The position numbers were made by a program, and so were the translations under genes. A stretch of 64,000 nt of DNA from Syntrophales bacterium (GTDB lineage: Bacteria; Desulfobacterota; Syntrophia; Syntrophales; PHBD01): assembly GCA_963668175.1 (NCBI GenBank), contig OY764159.1, positions 608,001 to 672,000 on the forward strand, read 5' to 3'. Shown one piece after another: positions 29,489 through 37,689 of this stretch. Within the stretch, counting starts at the first letter, position 1. The number at the start of each line of letters is the position of its first letter. Under the pieces are notes generated by a model. That model saw only the letters and a program-made list of their open reading frames with translations. It was not told the origin of the DNA and did no database searches.

Positions 29489-29668
29489 CTAATCCGTTCG
29501 ATAGTCCGTGTCGGATTCCGCTTCCGCACGCTCCTTCTTCCGGTTGGCCATGCATTCACGGCACCAGATGGTATAGCCGCACTGCCCCTTGCAGTTTTCA
29601 AAATCGTCTTCTTCCTTCTTGATTTCCTTCCCGTCAGAGGATGGGTCGGGCCGTTCCGCCGGTGACAT
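29489..29668 (-). CDS. 59-aa Cys-rich microprotein (CxxxC-x5-CxxC), absent from the ORF track
   Basis: AGGAG SD overlaps the ligase stop codon, then ATG: MSPAERPDPSSDGKEIKKEEDDFENCKGQCGYTIWCRECMANRKKERAEAESDTDYRTD*. Confidence 0.65.
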   Translation of the reverse strand: MSPAERPDPSSDGKEIKKEEDDFENCKGQCGYTIWCRECMANRKKERAEAESDTDYRTD

Positions 29669-29677
29669 AAAACGCTC

Positions 29678-31465
29678 CTATCGGTACATGGCGTCGATTC
29701 GTTCCCGGTATTTCTGAAAAACGACGCGCCTTTTTAATTTCAACGTCGGGGTCAGGGTGCCGTTCTGCAGGGTGAAAGGCTCCGATAGAAAGATGAATCG
29801 CTTCGGGATCTCGTAACCGCCATATTTACCCTCGAGCGCGTGTGTGATTTCGCTCGCGAACAGCTGCCGGATATCGTTTCTTTGCAGGAGTGTATCCATA
29901 TCGACGGGCAGGTTATGTTTCTCGGCGTAGCGCTCCAGTGCAGACATGTCGGGAACGACCATGCAGATGTTGAACGGCCGGTTTTCTCCGTACACAACGG
30001 CCTGCTTGATCGAAGGCAGAAGCGAGATGTCTTCTTCCAATGCCGCAGGAAAAACAAATTTGCCGTTTTCCAGCTTATACTGCTCCTTAAGACGGCCGGT
30101 GATGTAAAGGTATCCGTCCTCGTCGAGACGGCCCCGGTCGCCGGTTCTCACGCCTCCGTCCGGGGTCATGACCTCTTTCGTCAGTTCGGGTTTATTGTGA
30201 TATCCCTTCATGACATTGGGGCCGTAAACGACGATTTCACCATCCGCCGCCCCTTCCTCGACGACCGAGCGGTCGATGATGAGCCGGACATTGTCTATCG
30301 CCCGGCCGACACTGCCAAGCCTGTGATCGGTTGGCGTGTTCATGGCGATACCCGGCGACATCTCCGTCATGCCGTAGCAGTCGTAGACGGGGATGCCGAT
30401 GTCGAAGAAGAAGAGAGAAATCTCAAGGTTCATCATCGCGCTTGCCGTTATCACCCCTTTGAGGCGTCCGCCGAACAATTCCCTGATTCTCCGGAACACG
30501 ATTTTGTCGGCCAAGGCGAACTTGAGGTTGGCCATGATGGAGAATTTTCCTTCCGCGGCCAGGCGACGTTTCTCTTTTCCCGCCTCAACGCCCATCACGA
30601 ACAGCGCTTTGGCCGGACCGCCCTTCTCATTTAATTTGCTCCAGAGGGTGGAATATATTCTGTTAAAGACGCGGGGTACGGCCAGGAAATACGTCGGCCT
30701 GACTTTTCCTAAATCGCCGAGCAGTGTGGCCGTACTCTCCATGAAGCCTATGGAACCTCCCATATTGATAAGTCCGCGCATCTCCATCTGGCCGTATGTG
30801 TGCGCCCAGGGCAGCAGGGAGAGCGTCCGGTCGTTTTCATTCATTTCGTGATAGCTCTGCACAAGGGCCTGCGTGTTGCTCGTCAGGTTCGCATGCGTCA
30901 GAAGCACACCTCTCGGGTCGTCCGTCGTCCCCGACGTATAGATGATAACGGCGACATCTTCCGCCGGCGGGTGAACGGAGGGGACAGGATTTTGTTCGCC
31001 GACGGTTTCCATGTCCGCCATAGTATCCTTTCCCGCACCATCGATCCGGATGATCTGCTGCAATGCAGGGATGCGGCTCGCGAACGCTTTGACCTGTTCC
31101 AAGATCTTCGGGTTGGCGACGAAAAGAAGTTTCACGCCGCTGTCCCTGATAATGTATTCCCAGAAATGCGGCAACTCGACTTCATACATGGGTACAAAGC
31201 ATCCTCCCAGGCCGAGGGTGGCGAAATGGGAGACCGCCCATTCCACGCGGTTGTTGGCGATGATACCGACGACATCGCCTTTCCCGATGCCGGCTTTGGC
31301 AAGTCCGCCGCGCAGATGGTCCACCCGTTTTGCCAAGTCAGCGTATGTGATCCATTGGTAGACACCCTGCTTGTCCTTGGTGCCGAAAAGAGGACGGCTG
31401 CTGAAGCGGCTAACGCTGTTTTCGAATGATTCTACAAGATTGTCTGGTTTGTTAAGCATACTCAT
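29678..31465 (-). CDS. long-chain acyl-CoA synthetase (copy A, 595 aa)
   Basis: YTSGTTDDPRG, CYGMTE, RTGDRG, GRLKEQYKLENGK, TLKLKR; ATG 31465 follows AGGAG. Confidence 0.9.
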   Translation of the reverse strand: MSMLNKPDNLVESFENSVSRFSSRPLFGTKDKQGVYQWITYADLAKRVDHLRGGLAKAGIGKGDVVGIIANNRVEWAVSHFATLGLGGCFVPMYEVELPHFWEYIIRDSGVKLLFVANPKILEQVKAFASRIPALQQIIRIDGAGKDTMADMETVGEQNPVPSVHPPAEDVAVIIYTSGTTDDPRGVLLTHANLTSNTQALVQSYHEMNENDRTLSLLPWAHTYGQMEMRGLINMGGSIGFMESTATLLGDLGKVRPTYFLAVPRVFNRIYSTLWSKLNEKGGPAKALFVMGVEAGKEKRRLAAEGKFSIMANLKFALADKIVFRRIRELFGGRLKGVITASAMMNLEISLFFFDIGIPVYDCYGMTEMSPGIAMNTPTDHRLGSVGRAIDNVRLIIDRSVVEEGAADGEIVVYGPNVMKGYHNKPELTKEVMTPDGGVRTGDRGRLDEDGYLYITGRLKEQYKLENGKFVFPAALEEDISLLPSIKQAVVYGENRPFNICMVVPDMSALERYAEKHNLPVDMDTLLQRNDIRQLFASEITHALEGKYGGYEIPKRFIFLSEPFTLQNGTLTPTLKLKRRVVFQKYRERIDAMYR

Positions 31466-31541
31466 TTGTTTCTCCTGATATTGTAACAGACCGTTATGAT
31501 ATGAAGCGAAATGTTTCTCCACGGTCTTCTCACCAAATATT

Positions 31542-32132
31542 CAGTATACATGAATTGCCGTCCGGGGTCGCGGAAAAAGTTGTTCCGGTGTGATCGGGCC
31601 GCTTGATTACTTAAGGACAAACAAAGACGCCTGCTCGCCTGCAACATAACCCGTCGAAAAGGCCGCCTGAAGGTTATAGCCCCCCGTGTCGGCATCGATG
31701 TCCATGACTTCGCCGGAAAAAAAGAGTCCGGAAATCAGACGTGAGGCCATGGTGCGGGGATCGATCTCTTTGAGGGAAACGCCTCCCGCCGTAACGATGG
31801 CCGACGACAGGGGGAGGGGCTGCTTCACGTTGAAGCTCAGCGATTTCATCTGTTGAACGATACCATCCCGCTGACTTCCGTTAATCTGATGTCCGGGGGT
31901 CTCGGGCGGTATTCCGGTCAGCGCGACGAATGGTTCAATCATCTTCCTGGGCAGGAGGCCCGAGAGGATTCTTTGATAGCTTCTCTTTCCGAATTGGTCG
32001 AAATCCCGTTGGAGGCGCGCCGAGAGTTTCGGGAAATCGAGAGAAGGTTTGAGGTCGATGGACAGACTGACGGGTCCGTCCTCCAGGGCTTTGGCGACGG
32101 ACAGGCTCAGAAGAAGCGTCACAGGGCCGCCG
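31542..32132. repeat. 591-bp near-identical direct repeat, copy 1
   Basis: Matches 34012-34602; only one mismatch seen by eye (31551 T vs 34021 C). Confidence 0.92.
31607..32132 (-). pseudogene. 5'-truncated duplicate of the HI0933/YhiN flavoprotein gene (C-terminal 171 aa)
   Basis: Translation is identical to the C-terminus of 34077..35426 and lacks the N-terminal GAGASG dinucleotide-binding region. Confidence 0.85.
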
Positions 32133-32147
32133 GTGACATAAGCGCTC

Positions 32148-33935
32148 CTATTGGTACATGGCGTCGATACGATCCCGGTATTTCTGGAAAACGATACGCC
32201 GCTTCAGTTTCAGCGTCTGGGTCAGGGTTCCGTTCTCCAGGCTGAAGGGCTCCGTAAGAAAGATGAATTTCTTCGGGATCTCGTAACTGGCATACTTGCC
32301 TTGGAGTGAGTTTGTGATTTCGCTTGCTAGCATCTTCTGGATATCGTTTCTTTTCAGGAGTTCGTCCATATCGCCTGGCAGGTTGTGCTTCTCGGCGTAG
32401 CGTTCCAGGGTGAAAAAATCGGGTACGACCATGCAGATATTGTACGGCCGGTTCTCTCCATAGATAACGGCATTCTGAATCGAAGGCAGAAGCGAGATGT
32501 CTTCTTCCAATGCTGCAGGAAAAACAAATTTGCCGTTTTCCAGCTTATACTGTTCCTTAAGCCGGCCCGTGATATAAAGATATCCGTCCTTGTCGAGCCT
32601 GCCCCGGTCGCCGGTTCTGACGCCGCCGTCGGGCGTCATGATTTCTTTGGTCTGTTCGGGCTTGTTGTGATAGCCTTTCATGACGTTGGGGCCGTAGACG
32701 ACGATCTCGCCGTCGGTCGCCCCTTCCTCGACGACCGATTGATCGATCACGATCCGGACCTTGTCGATCGCGCGGCCGACACTTCCCAGCCTGTAATCCG
32801 TCGGCGCGTTCATGGCGATGCCCGGAGAGGTTTCCGTCATGCCGTAGCAATCGTAAACGGGTATGCCGATATCGAAGAAGAAGAGAGCGATGTCCATGTT
32901 CATCATGGCACTGGCCGTCATCGCGCCTTTGAGACGCCCGCCGAATTTTCCCCGGATTTTTTGGAAAACGATCTTATCGGCTACGGCGAACTTGAGATCT
33001 GTCAGGAGACAGGATTTCCCTTCCGCGGCCAGTCGCCGTTTCTCTTTTCCCGCTTCAACGCCCATCACGAACAGGGCTTTGGCCAAACCACCTTCCTCAT
33101 TCATCTTTTTCCAAAGGACGTCGTATATTCTGTTGAATACGCGAGGAACGGCCAGAAGGAACGTCGGCTTGACTTTGCCCAAATCTTCGAGCAGCGTGGC
33201 CGTGCTCTCCATAAAGCCCATGGAGGCCCCCAACTGGATAAATGTATGCATCTCCCCCTGGCCGTAGGTGTGCGCCCAGGGCAGCAGAGAGAGGGTCCGG
33301 TCGTTTTCATCGAATTCGTGGTAGAGTTTTACACGCGCATGCGTGTTGCTTGTCCAGTTCGCATGGGTCAGGAGTACGCCTTTCGGGTCGCCCGTCGTCC
33401 CTGACGTGTAGATGATGACGGCAACATCCTCCGCCGACGGATGGATTGCCGGGACGGGGTTCGTTTCCCCGTCCTTTTCCAGTTCGGCCATCGTTCCCTG
33501 GCCCTCGCCTTCGATTAGTATGATTTTTTCAAGCGAGGGTATACGGTCGGGAAAATCACGGACTTTCTCAAGGGTACCGGCGTTCGCAACAAAAAGAAAC
33601 TTCACGCCGCTGTCCCTGACGATGTATTCCCAGACGTGGGGCAGCTCGACTTCATACATGGGCACGAAGCATCCTCCCAGGCCGAGGGTGGCAAAGTGGG
33701 CCACGACCCATTCCACGCGGTTGTTGGCGATGATGCCGACGACGTCGCCTTTCCCGATGCCCGCTTTGGCGAGTCCGCCGCGCAGATGGTCCACCCGCTT
33801 TGCCAAATCCCCGTAAGTGATCCACTGGTAGACACCCTGCTTGTCCTTGGTGCCGAAAACGAGACGGTTGCTGAAACGGTTAATGCTGCCTTCGAATAAT
33901 TCAACCAGATTATCCGGTTTGTCGAGCACATCCAT
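32148..33935 (-). CDS. long-chain acyl-CoA synthetase (copy B, 595 aa)
   Basis: Canonical YTSGTTGDPKG, CYGMTETSP, RTGDRG; colinear with copy A. Confidence 0.92.
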   Translation of the reverse strand: MDVLDKPDNLVELFEGSINRFSNRLVFGTKDKQGVYQWITYGDLAKRVDHLRGGLAKAGIGKGDVVGIIANNRVEWVVAHFATLGLGGCFVPMYEVELPHVWEYIVRDSGVKFLFVANAGTLEKVRDFPDRIPSLEKIILIEGEGQGTMAELEKDGETNPVPAIHPSAEDVAVIIYTSGTTGDPKGVLLTHANWTSNTHARVKLYHEFDENDRTLSLLPWAHTYGQGEMHTFIQLGASMGFMESTATLLEDLGKVKPTFLLAVPRVFNRIYDVLWKKMNEEGGLAKALFVMGVEAGKEKRRLAAEGKSCLLTDLKFAVADKIVFQKIRGKFGGRLKGAMTASAMMNMDIALFFFDIGIPVYDCYGMTETSPGIAMNAPTDYRLGSVGRAIDKVRIVIDQSVVEEGATDGEIVVYGPNVMKGYHNKPEQTKEIMTPDGGVRTGDRGRLDKDGYLYITGRLKEQYKLENGKFVFPAALEEDISLLPSIQNAVIYGENRPYNICMVVPDFFTLERYAEKHNLPGDMDELLKRNDIQKMLASEITNSLQGKYASYEIPKKFIFLTEPFSLENGTLTQTLKLKRRIVFQKYRDRIDAMYQ

Positions 33936-34011
33936 ATTTCCCTCCTGACCGTGTACCGACCTTTTATGCCATGTCCTCCCGCGCTCTTCTGCAGGGGAGA
34001 GAATAATGAAG

Positions 34012-34602
34012 CAGTATACACGAATTGCCGTCCGGGGTCGCGGAAAAAGTTGTTCCGGTGTGATCGGGCCGCTTGATTACTTAAGGACAAACAAAGACGC
34101 CTGCTCGCCTGCAACATAACCCGTCGAAAAGGCCGCCTGAAGGTTATAGCCCCCCGTGTCGGCATCGATGTCCATGACTTCGCCGGAAAAAAAGAGTCCG
34201 GAAATCAGACGTGAGGCCATGGTGCGGGGATCGATCTCTTTGAGGGAAACGCCTCCCGCCGTAACGATGGCCGACGACAGGGGGAGGGGCTGCTTCACGT
34301 TGAAGCTCAGCGATTTCATCTGTTGAACGATACCATCCCGCTGACTTCCGTTAATCTGATGTCCGGGGGTCTCGGGCGGTATTCCGGTCAGCGCGACGAA
34401 TGGTTCAATCATCTTCCTGGGCAGGAGGCCCGAGAGGATTCTTTGATAGCTTCTCTTTCCGAATTGGTCGAAATCCCGTTGGAGGCGCGCCGAGAGTTTC
34501 GGGAAATCGAGAGAAGGTTTGAGGTCGATGGACAGACTGACGGGTCCGTCCTCCAGGGCTTTGGCGACGGACAGGCTCAGAAGAAGCGTCACAGGGCCGC
34601 CG
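34012..34602. repeat. 591-bp near-identical direct repeat, copy 2
   Basis: Matches 31542-32132. Confidence 0.92.
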
Positions 34603-35426
34603 ACGCCGAAATGGGTGAACATCATCTCTCCCTGGCGGCTTTCGATCACAGGGGGCGGCAGGCGCTTGCCCGACATACCCCTCCCCGTGTCGAACGCGGG
34701 TGTCCATGCGGGATCGATTCCGTCCGTGCGGCAGCGGAAGGCCGTCATCCGGATATTCCTGAGGCTGACGCCCTGCATGGCCTTGGCGCTGTCGATTTCC
34801 TCGACGATCAGGGGCACAAGGGCCGGGTGCAGCCTGGTTATGGTGTGGCCTATAGAGGCCGCAATTCTGTATCCGTCGCCTGTAGAGCCGGTTCCGGGAT
34901 AGCTGGCCCCTCCCGTGGCGAGAACGACCGCGTCGGCCGGGATGAAGCCCGTTCTGGTGTGGACACCCGTGACCCGACCGTCTTCATGGCCGATATCGAG
35001 AACGGGTTCCCGATATCTGATATCGACGCCCTGATCTTTAAGGTAACGCCGGAAAGCGGCGACGACGTCACGGGCATCGTCGCTTGAGGGAAAAATCCTC
35101 CCTCCCCGCTCGATCTTCGTCTCAACACCGTATTTTTTAAGAAAATCGAGCAATTCGTTTCTGAAGAAACGGGAGAAGGCGCCGAAAAGGAAGCGTCCGT
35201 TGGGGCCGTACATGCCGATAAATGCATCCAGGTCCTTCACGTTGGTCAAATTGCAGCGCATTTTGCCGCTGAGCAGCAATTTTCGGCCGGGTTCTTCGGT
35301 CTTTTCGAGCAGGATGACTCGGACACCCTGTTCCGCGGCCCGTCCGGCGGCCATCATGCCGCTGGCCCCGGCGCCGATGACGATCACCCGTTTGTCTGTG
35401 GCAAAATGCCGATGGGCTGGTTTCAT
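34077..35426 (-). CDS. HI0933/YhiN/BaiN-family NAD(P)/FAD-dependent oxidoreductase
   Basis: IGAGASGMMAA, GRKLLLSG.MRCNLTN, ATGGASYP.TGSTGDG, MFTHFG..GP, TGGYNLQAAFSTG. Confidence 0.92.
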   Translation of the reverse strand: MKPAHRHFATDKRVIVIGAGASGMMAAGRAAEQGVRVILLEKTEEPGRKLLLSGKMRCNLTNVKDLDAFIGMYGPNGRFLFGAFSRFFRNELLDFLKKYGVETKIERGGRIFPSSDDARDVVAAFRRYLKDQGVDIRYREPVLDIGHEDGRVTGVHTRTGFIPADAVVLATGGASYPGTGSTGDGYRIAASIGHTITRLHPALVPLIVEEIDSAKAMQGVSLRNIRMTAFRCRTDGIDPAWTPAFDTGRGMSGKRLPPPVIESRQGEMMFTHFGVGGPVTLLLSLSVAKALEDGPVSLSIDLKPSLDFPKLSARLQRDFDQFGKRSYQRILSGLLPRKMIEPFVALTGIPPETPGHQINGSQRDGIVQQMKSLSFNVKQPLPLSSAIVTAGGVSLKEIDPRTMASRLISGLFFSGEVMDIDADTGGYNLQAAFSTGYVAGEQASLFVLK

Positions 35427-35629
35427 AAGGGAATTGAGAGTACCGAAGGTAACATTTAGGGATGTCCGTTAATATTCGTTTTGACGGCGGAAGCCGCAGT
35501 TCCGGCCGGGAGATGAAGATCGAATGTCCGATTCCGAATATAAGTCATTCATTACCATTTCAAAAAACGGGAGGTCAAGGCGATTTAATTTCCTTGAAGG
35601 GAATATGAAAAGCAGATATACATCGACCG

Positions 35630-35645
35630 CGGCAAGTTTCTTGCA
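35630..35645 (+). promoter_or_regulatory. candidate sigma54 (-24/-12) promoter of fdhE
   Basis: CGGCAAGTTTCTTGCA has exact GG-N10-GC spacing, about 30 nt upstream of the ATG, after an AT-rich tract. Confidence 0.55.
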
Positions 35646-35675
35646 TGGGCAAAGCAATGGAGAAGGAGATCCTAA

Positions 35676-36512
35676 ATGGCTAAAATATTACATGAAACTC
35701 TGCAAACCATCGAGAATTACAAGCGCCAGAATCCCCACTATGAAGAATTGCTCGACATCCTGGGTGAAATCCTGATTCTCCGGGAACGGTTCCAGCAGGA
35801 CATCAAGGAAAATATCTTCCCGGTGGATGAGAGTCTCATTTCAAAAAAGATGGCCGGCGGGCTGCCGTTGATCGATTTTACGAACAACCGTTTCGATTTG
35901 ACCGAACCGGAACGCTATTTCAGGGCGCTGATGGAAATCGCCGAGGAGCGGGTCCCCGATGAAACGAGCGAAATCCTGAAAAAAATCAAGGACGGGACCG
36001 TCAGTTACGAACAGATGATCTATGAGTCCTTTAATAATCAACGGGCGGATGCCGATCTCGAGGACGAGGAAGACAGCGATACGCTGGACCTCATCGACCT
36101 TTTTCTCGAAGAGAGCCTGAGGCCGTCCCTCGGAAAAGTGGTCGAACTGTACGGCAAGACTGTGGCCGCGAGCGATTGGCACGAGGGTTATTGTCCGATT
36201 TGCGGTCAGGAACCCAAAATCGGCGAAATCAGAGACGACGAAGGATTTCGGTATCTGTTCTGCAATCAATGCGGTTACGAATGGCATTTCCGGCGCGTCA
36301 AGTGTCCTTTCTGCGGCAACGAGGAACAGCAGAGCCTGGCTTATTTCACGATCGAAGGGGAAGAGCGGTATCGTGTCGACGTCTGCTACGTATGTAAGCG
36401 TTACATTAAAATGGTCGATTTTCGGAATACGGAGGAAGAAGCCAACCTCGATGTCGAAGATATCGCGACCCTGCACCTGGATATCCTGGCGAACGAGGAG
36501 GGGTATGATTAG
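35676..36512 (+). CDS. fdhE: formate dehydrogenase accessory protein FdhE
   Basis: W..GYCPICG, RYLFCNQC..EW.F.R.KCPFCGN, VDVC..CKRYIK, DIATLHLD.LA..EGY. Confidence 0.88.
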   Translation: MAKILHETLQTIENYKRQNPHYEELLDILGEILILRERFQQDIKENIFPVDESLISKKMAGGLPLIDFTNNRFDLTEPERYFRALMEIAEERVPDETSEILKKIKDGTVSYEQMIYESFNNQRADADLEDEEDSDTLDLIDLFLEESLRPSLGKVVELYGKTVAASDWHEGYCPICGQEPKIGEIRDDEGFRYLFCNQCGYEWHFRRVKCPFCGNEEQQSLAYFTIEGEERYRVDVCYVCKRYIKMVDFRNTEEEANLDVEDIATLHLDILANEEGYD

Positions 36513-36590
36513 CGGTCGCGGCGACGCCGTCAGTTGCGAGAGCCTTCCCGGCGGTTCTTCGGCGCCGGATGTTCCGGGAGGAGGATACCT

Positions 36591-37247
36591 GTGAACGACC
36601 GCGACATCGGCCGGATTGTCCAAATCTTGAGCAAAAATCTGAAAGCCTGGGAATTGCCGATCGTGACCGATCTGGCCGAAAAGAAGCGAGGTCCCTATAC
36701 CATTCTCGTTTCGACGATTCTCAGTCTGAGAACGAAAGACGAGGTGACGGCAGAGGCTTCGGCCAGGCTGTTTTCGCTGGCCTCGACCCCGGAGGCGATG
36801 CTCGGGATTCCGGAACAGGAGATTGCCCGGGTTATTTATCCCGTCGGTTTTTATAAAACGAAAGCCAAGACGATCCTTGAGATAAGTCGGGACATCATCG
36901 ACCGCTTCGCCGGCAAGGTGCCCGATGACATCGATGCGCTCCTTACCCTCAAGGGCGTCGGCCGCAAGACGGCGAACCTGGTCGTCGTCCTGGGTTACGG
37001 CAAGGACGGCATCTGTGTGGATACCCACGTCCACCGGATATCCAACCGTCTGGGATATGTGACCACCAAAAATCCCCAGGCGACGGAGTTCGCCTTACGT
37101 GACAAGTTGCCGAAGAAATACTGGCAGGCGTATAATACCCTGATGGTGGCCTTTGGCCGGAATGTCTGCCGTCCGCTTTCCCCCTTGTGCAGTGCCTGCC
37201 CCGTCGCCGGCTTTTGCGACAGAGTGGGCGTTAAAAGGAGCCGCTAA
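36591..37247 (+). CDS. nth: endonuclease III
   Basis: HhH motif LKGVGRKTANLV, VDTHVHRISNRLG, C..LSPLC..CP...C Fe-S motif; GTG start follows GGAGG. Confidence 0.9.
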   Translation: MNDRDIGRIVQILSKNLKAWELPIVTDLAEKKRGPYTILVSTILSLRTKDEVTAEASARLFSLASTPEAMLGIPEQEIARVIYPVGFYKTKAKTILEISRDIIDRFAGKVPDDIDALLTLKGVGRKTANLVVVLGYGKDGICVDTHVHRISNRLGYVTTKNPQATEFALRDKLPKKYWQAYNTLMVAFGRNVCRPLSPLCSACPVAGFCDRVGVKRSR

Positions 37248-37271
37248 GCTCTTTACCCTGCACGTCCAATC

Positions 37272-37670
37272 TCAATGGCTCTCCGCTTGCGCCAGCACCT
37301 CGTAGGTATCGGCATCGATCAGGTTGTTCAGATCGGCCGGATTGTCCATTTTCATTTTCGCAATCCAGCCCGCACCGAAGGCATCTTCGTTGATCATTTC
37401 CGGATGCTGTTCCAGTTGCCCGTTCGTTTCGACGACTTCGCCGCCCACAGGGGCATAGATATCCGATACGGACTTGACGGACTCGACGACGGCGAGAGGC
37501 TCGAACTGCCGGACCTTCTTGCCAACCGGGGGAAGCTCCACGTAGACGATGTCCGTCATCATTTCCTGCGCATGATCGGTGATGCCCATTGTGACGGTGC
37601 CGTCGCCGTTGTCGATGACCCATTCATGATCCTTGGAATACTTGCGGTCTTTCGGATTGGGTTTGGACAT
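37272..37670 (-). CDS. gcvH: glycine cleavage system H protein
   Basis: YSKDHEW, GITDHAQ, ESVKSVSD lipoyl lysine. Confidence 0.95.
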   Translation of the reverse strand: MSKPNPKDRKYSKDHEWVIDNGDGTVTMGITDHAQEMMTDIVYVELPPVGKKVRQFEPLAVVESVKSVSDIYAPVGGEVVETNGQLEQHPEMINEDAFGAGWIAKMKMDNPADLNNLIDADTYEVLAQAESH

Positions 37671-37689
37671 AATTCGCTCCTTTATGCGT

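Larger units (their letters stand above)
29656..34602. repeat. tandem duplication, period about 2470 bp, CCGCCG microhomology at the junctions
   Basis: Unit 1 is 29656-32132 and unit 2 is 32127-34602; CCGCCG occurs at 29656, 32127 and 34597; homologous positions are offset by 2470. Confidence 0.9.

Noticed and set aside
29656..34602. Diversity-generating retroelement or IS-mediated duplication
   Set aside because: No reverse transcriptase or transposase; differences between copies are not adenine-specific; no terminal inverted repeats
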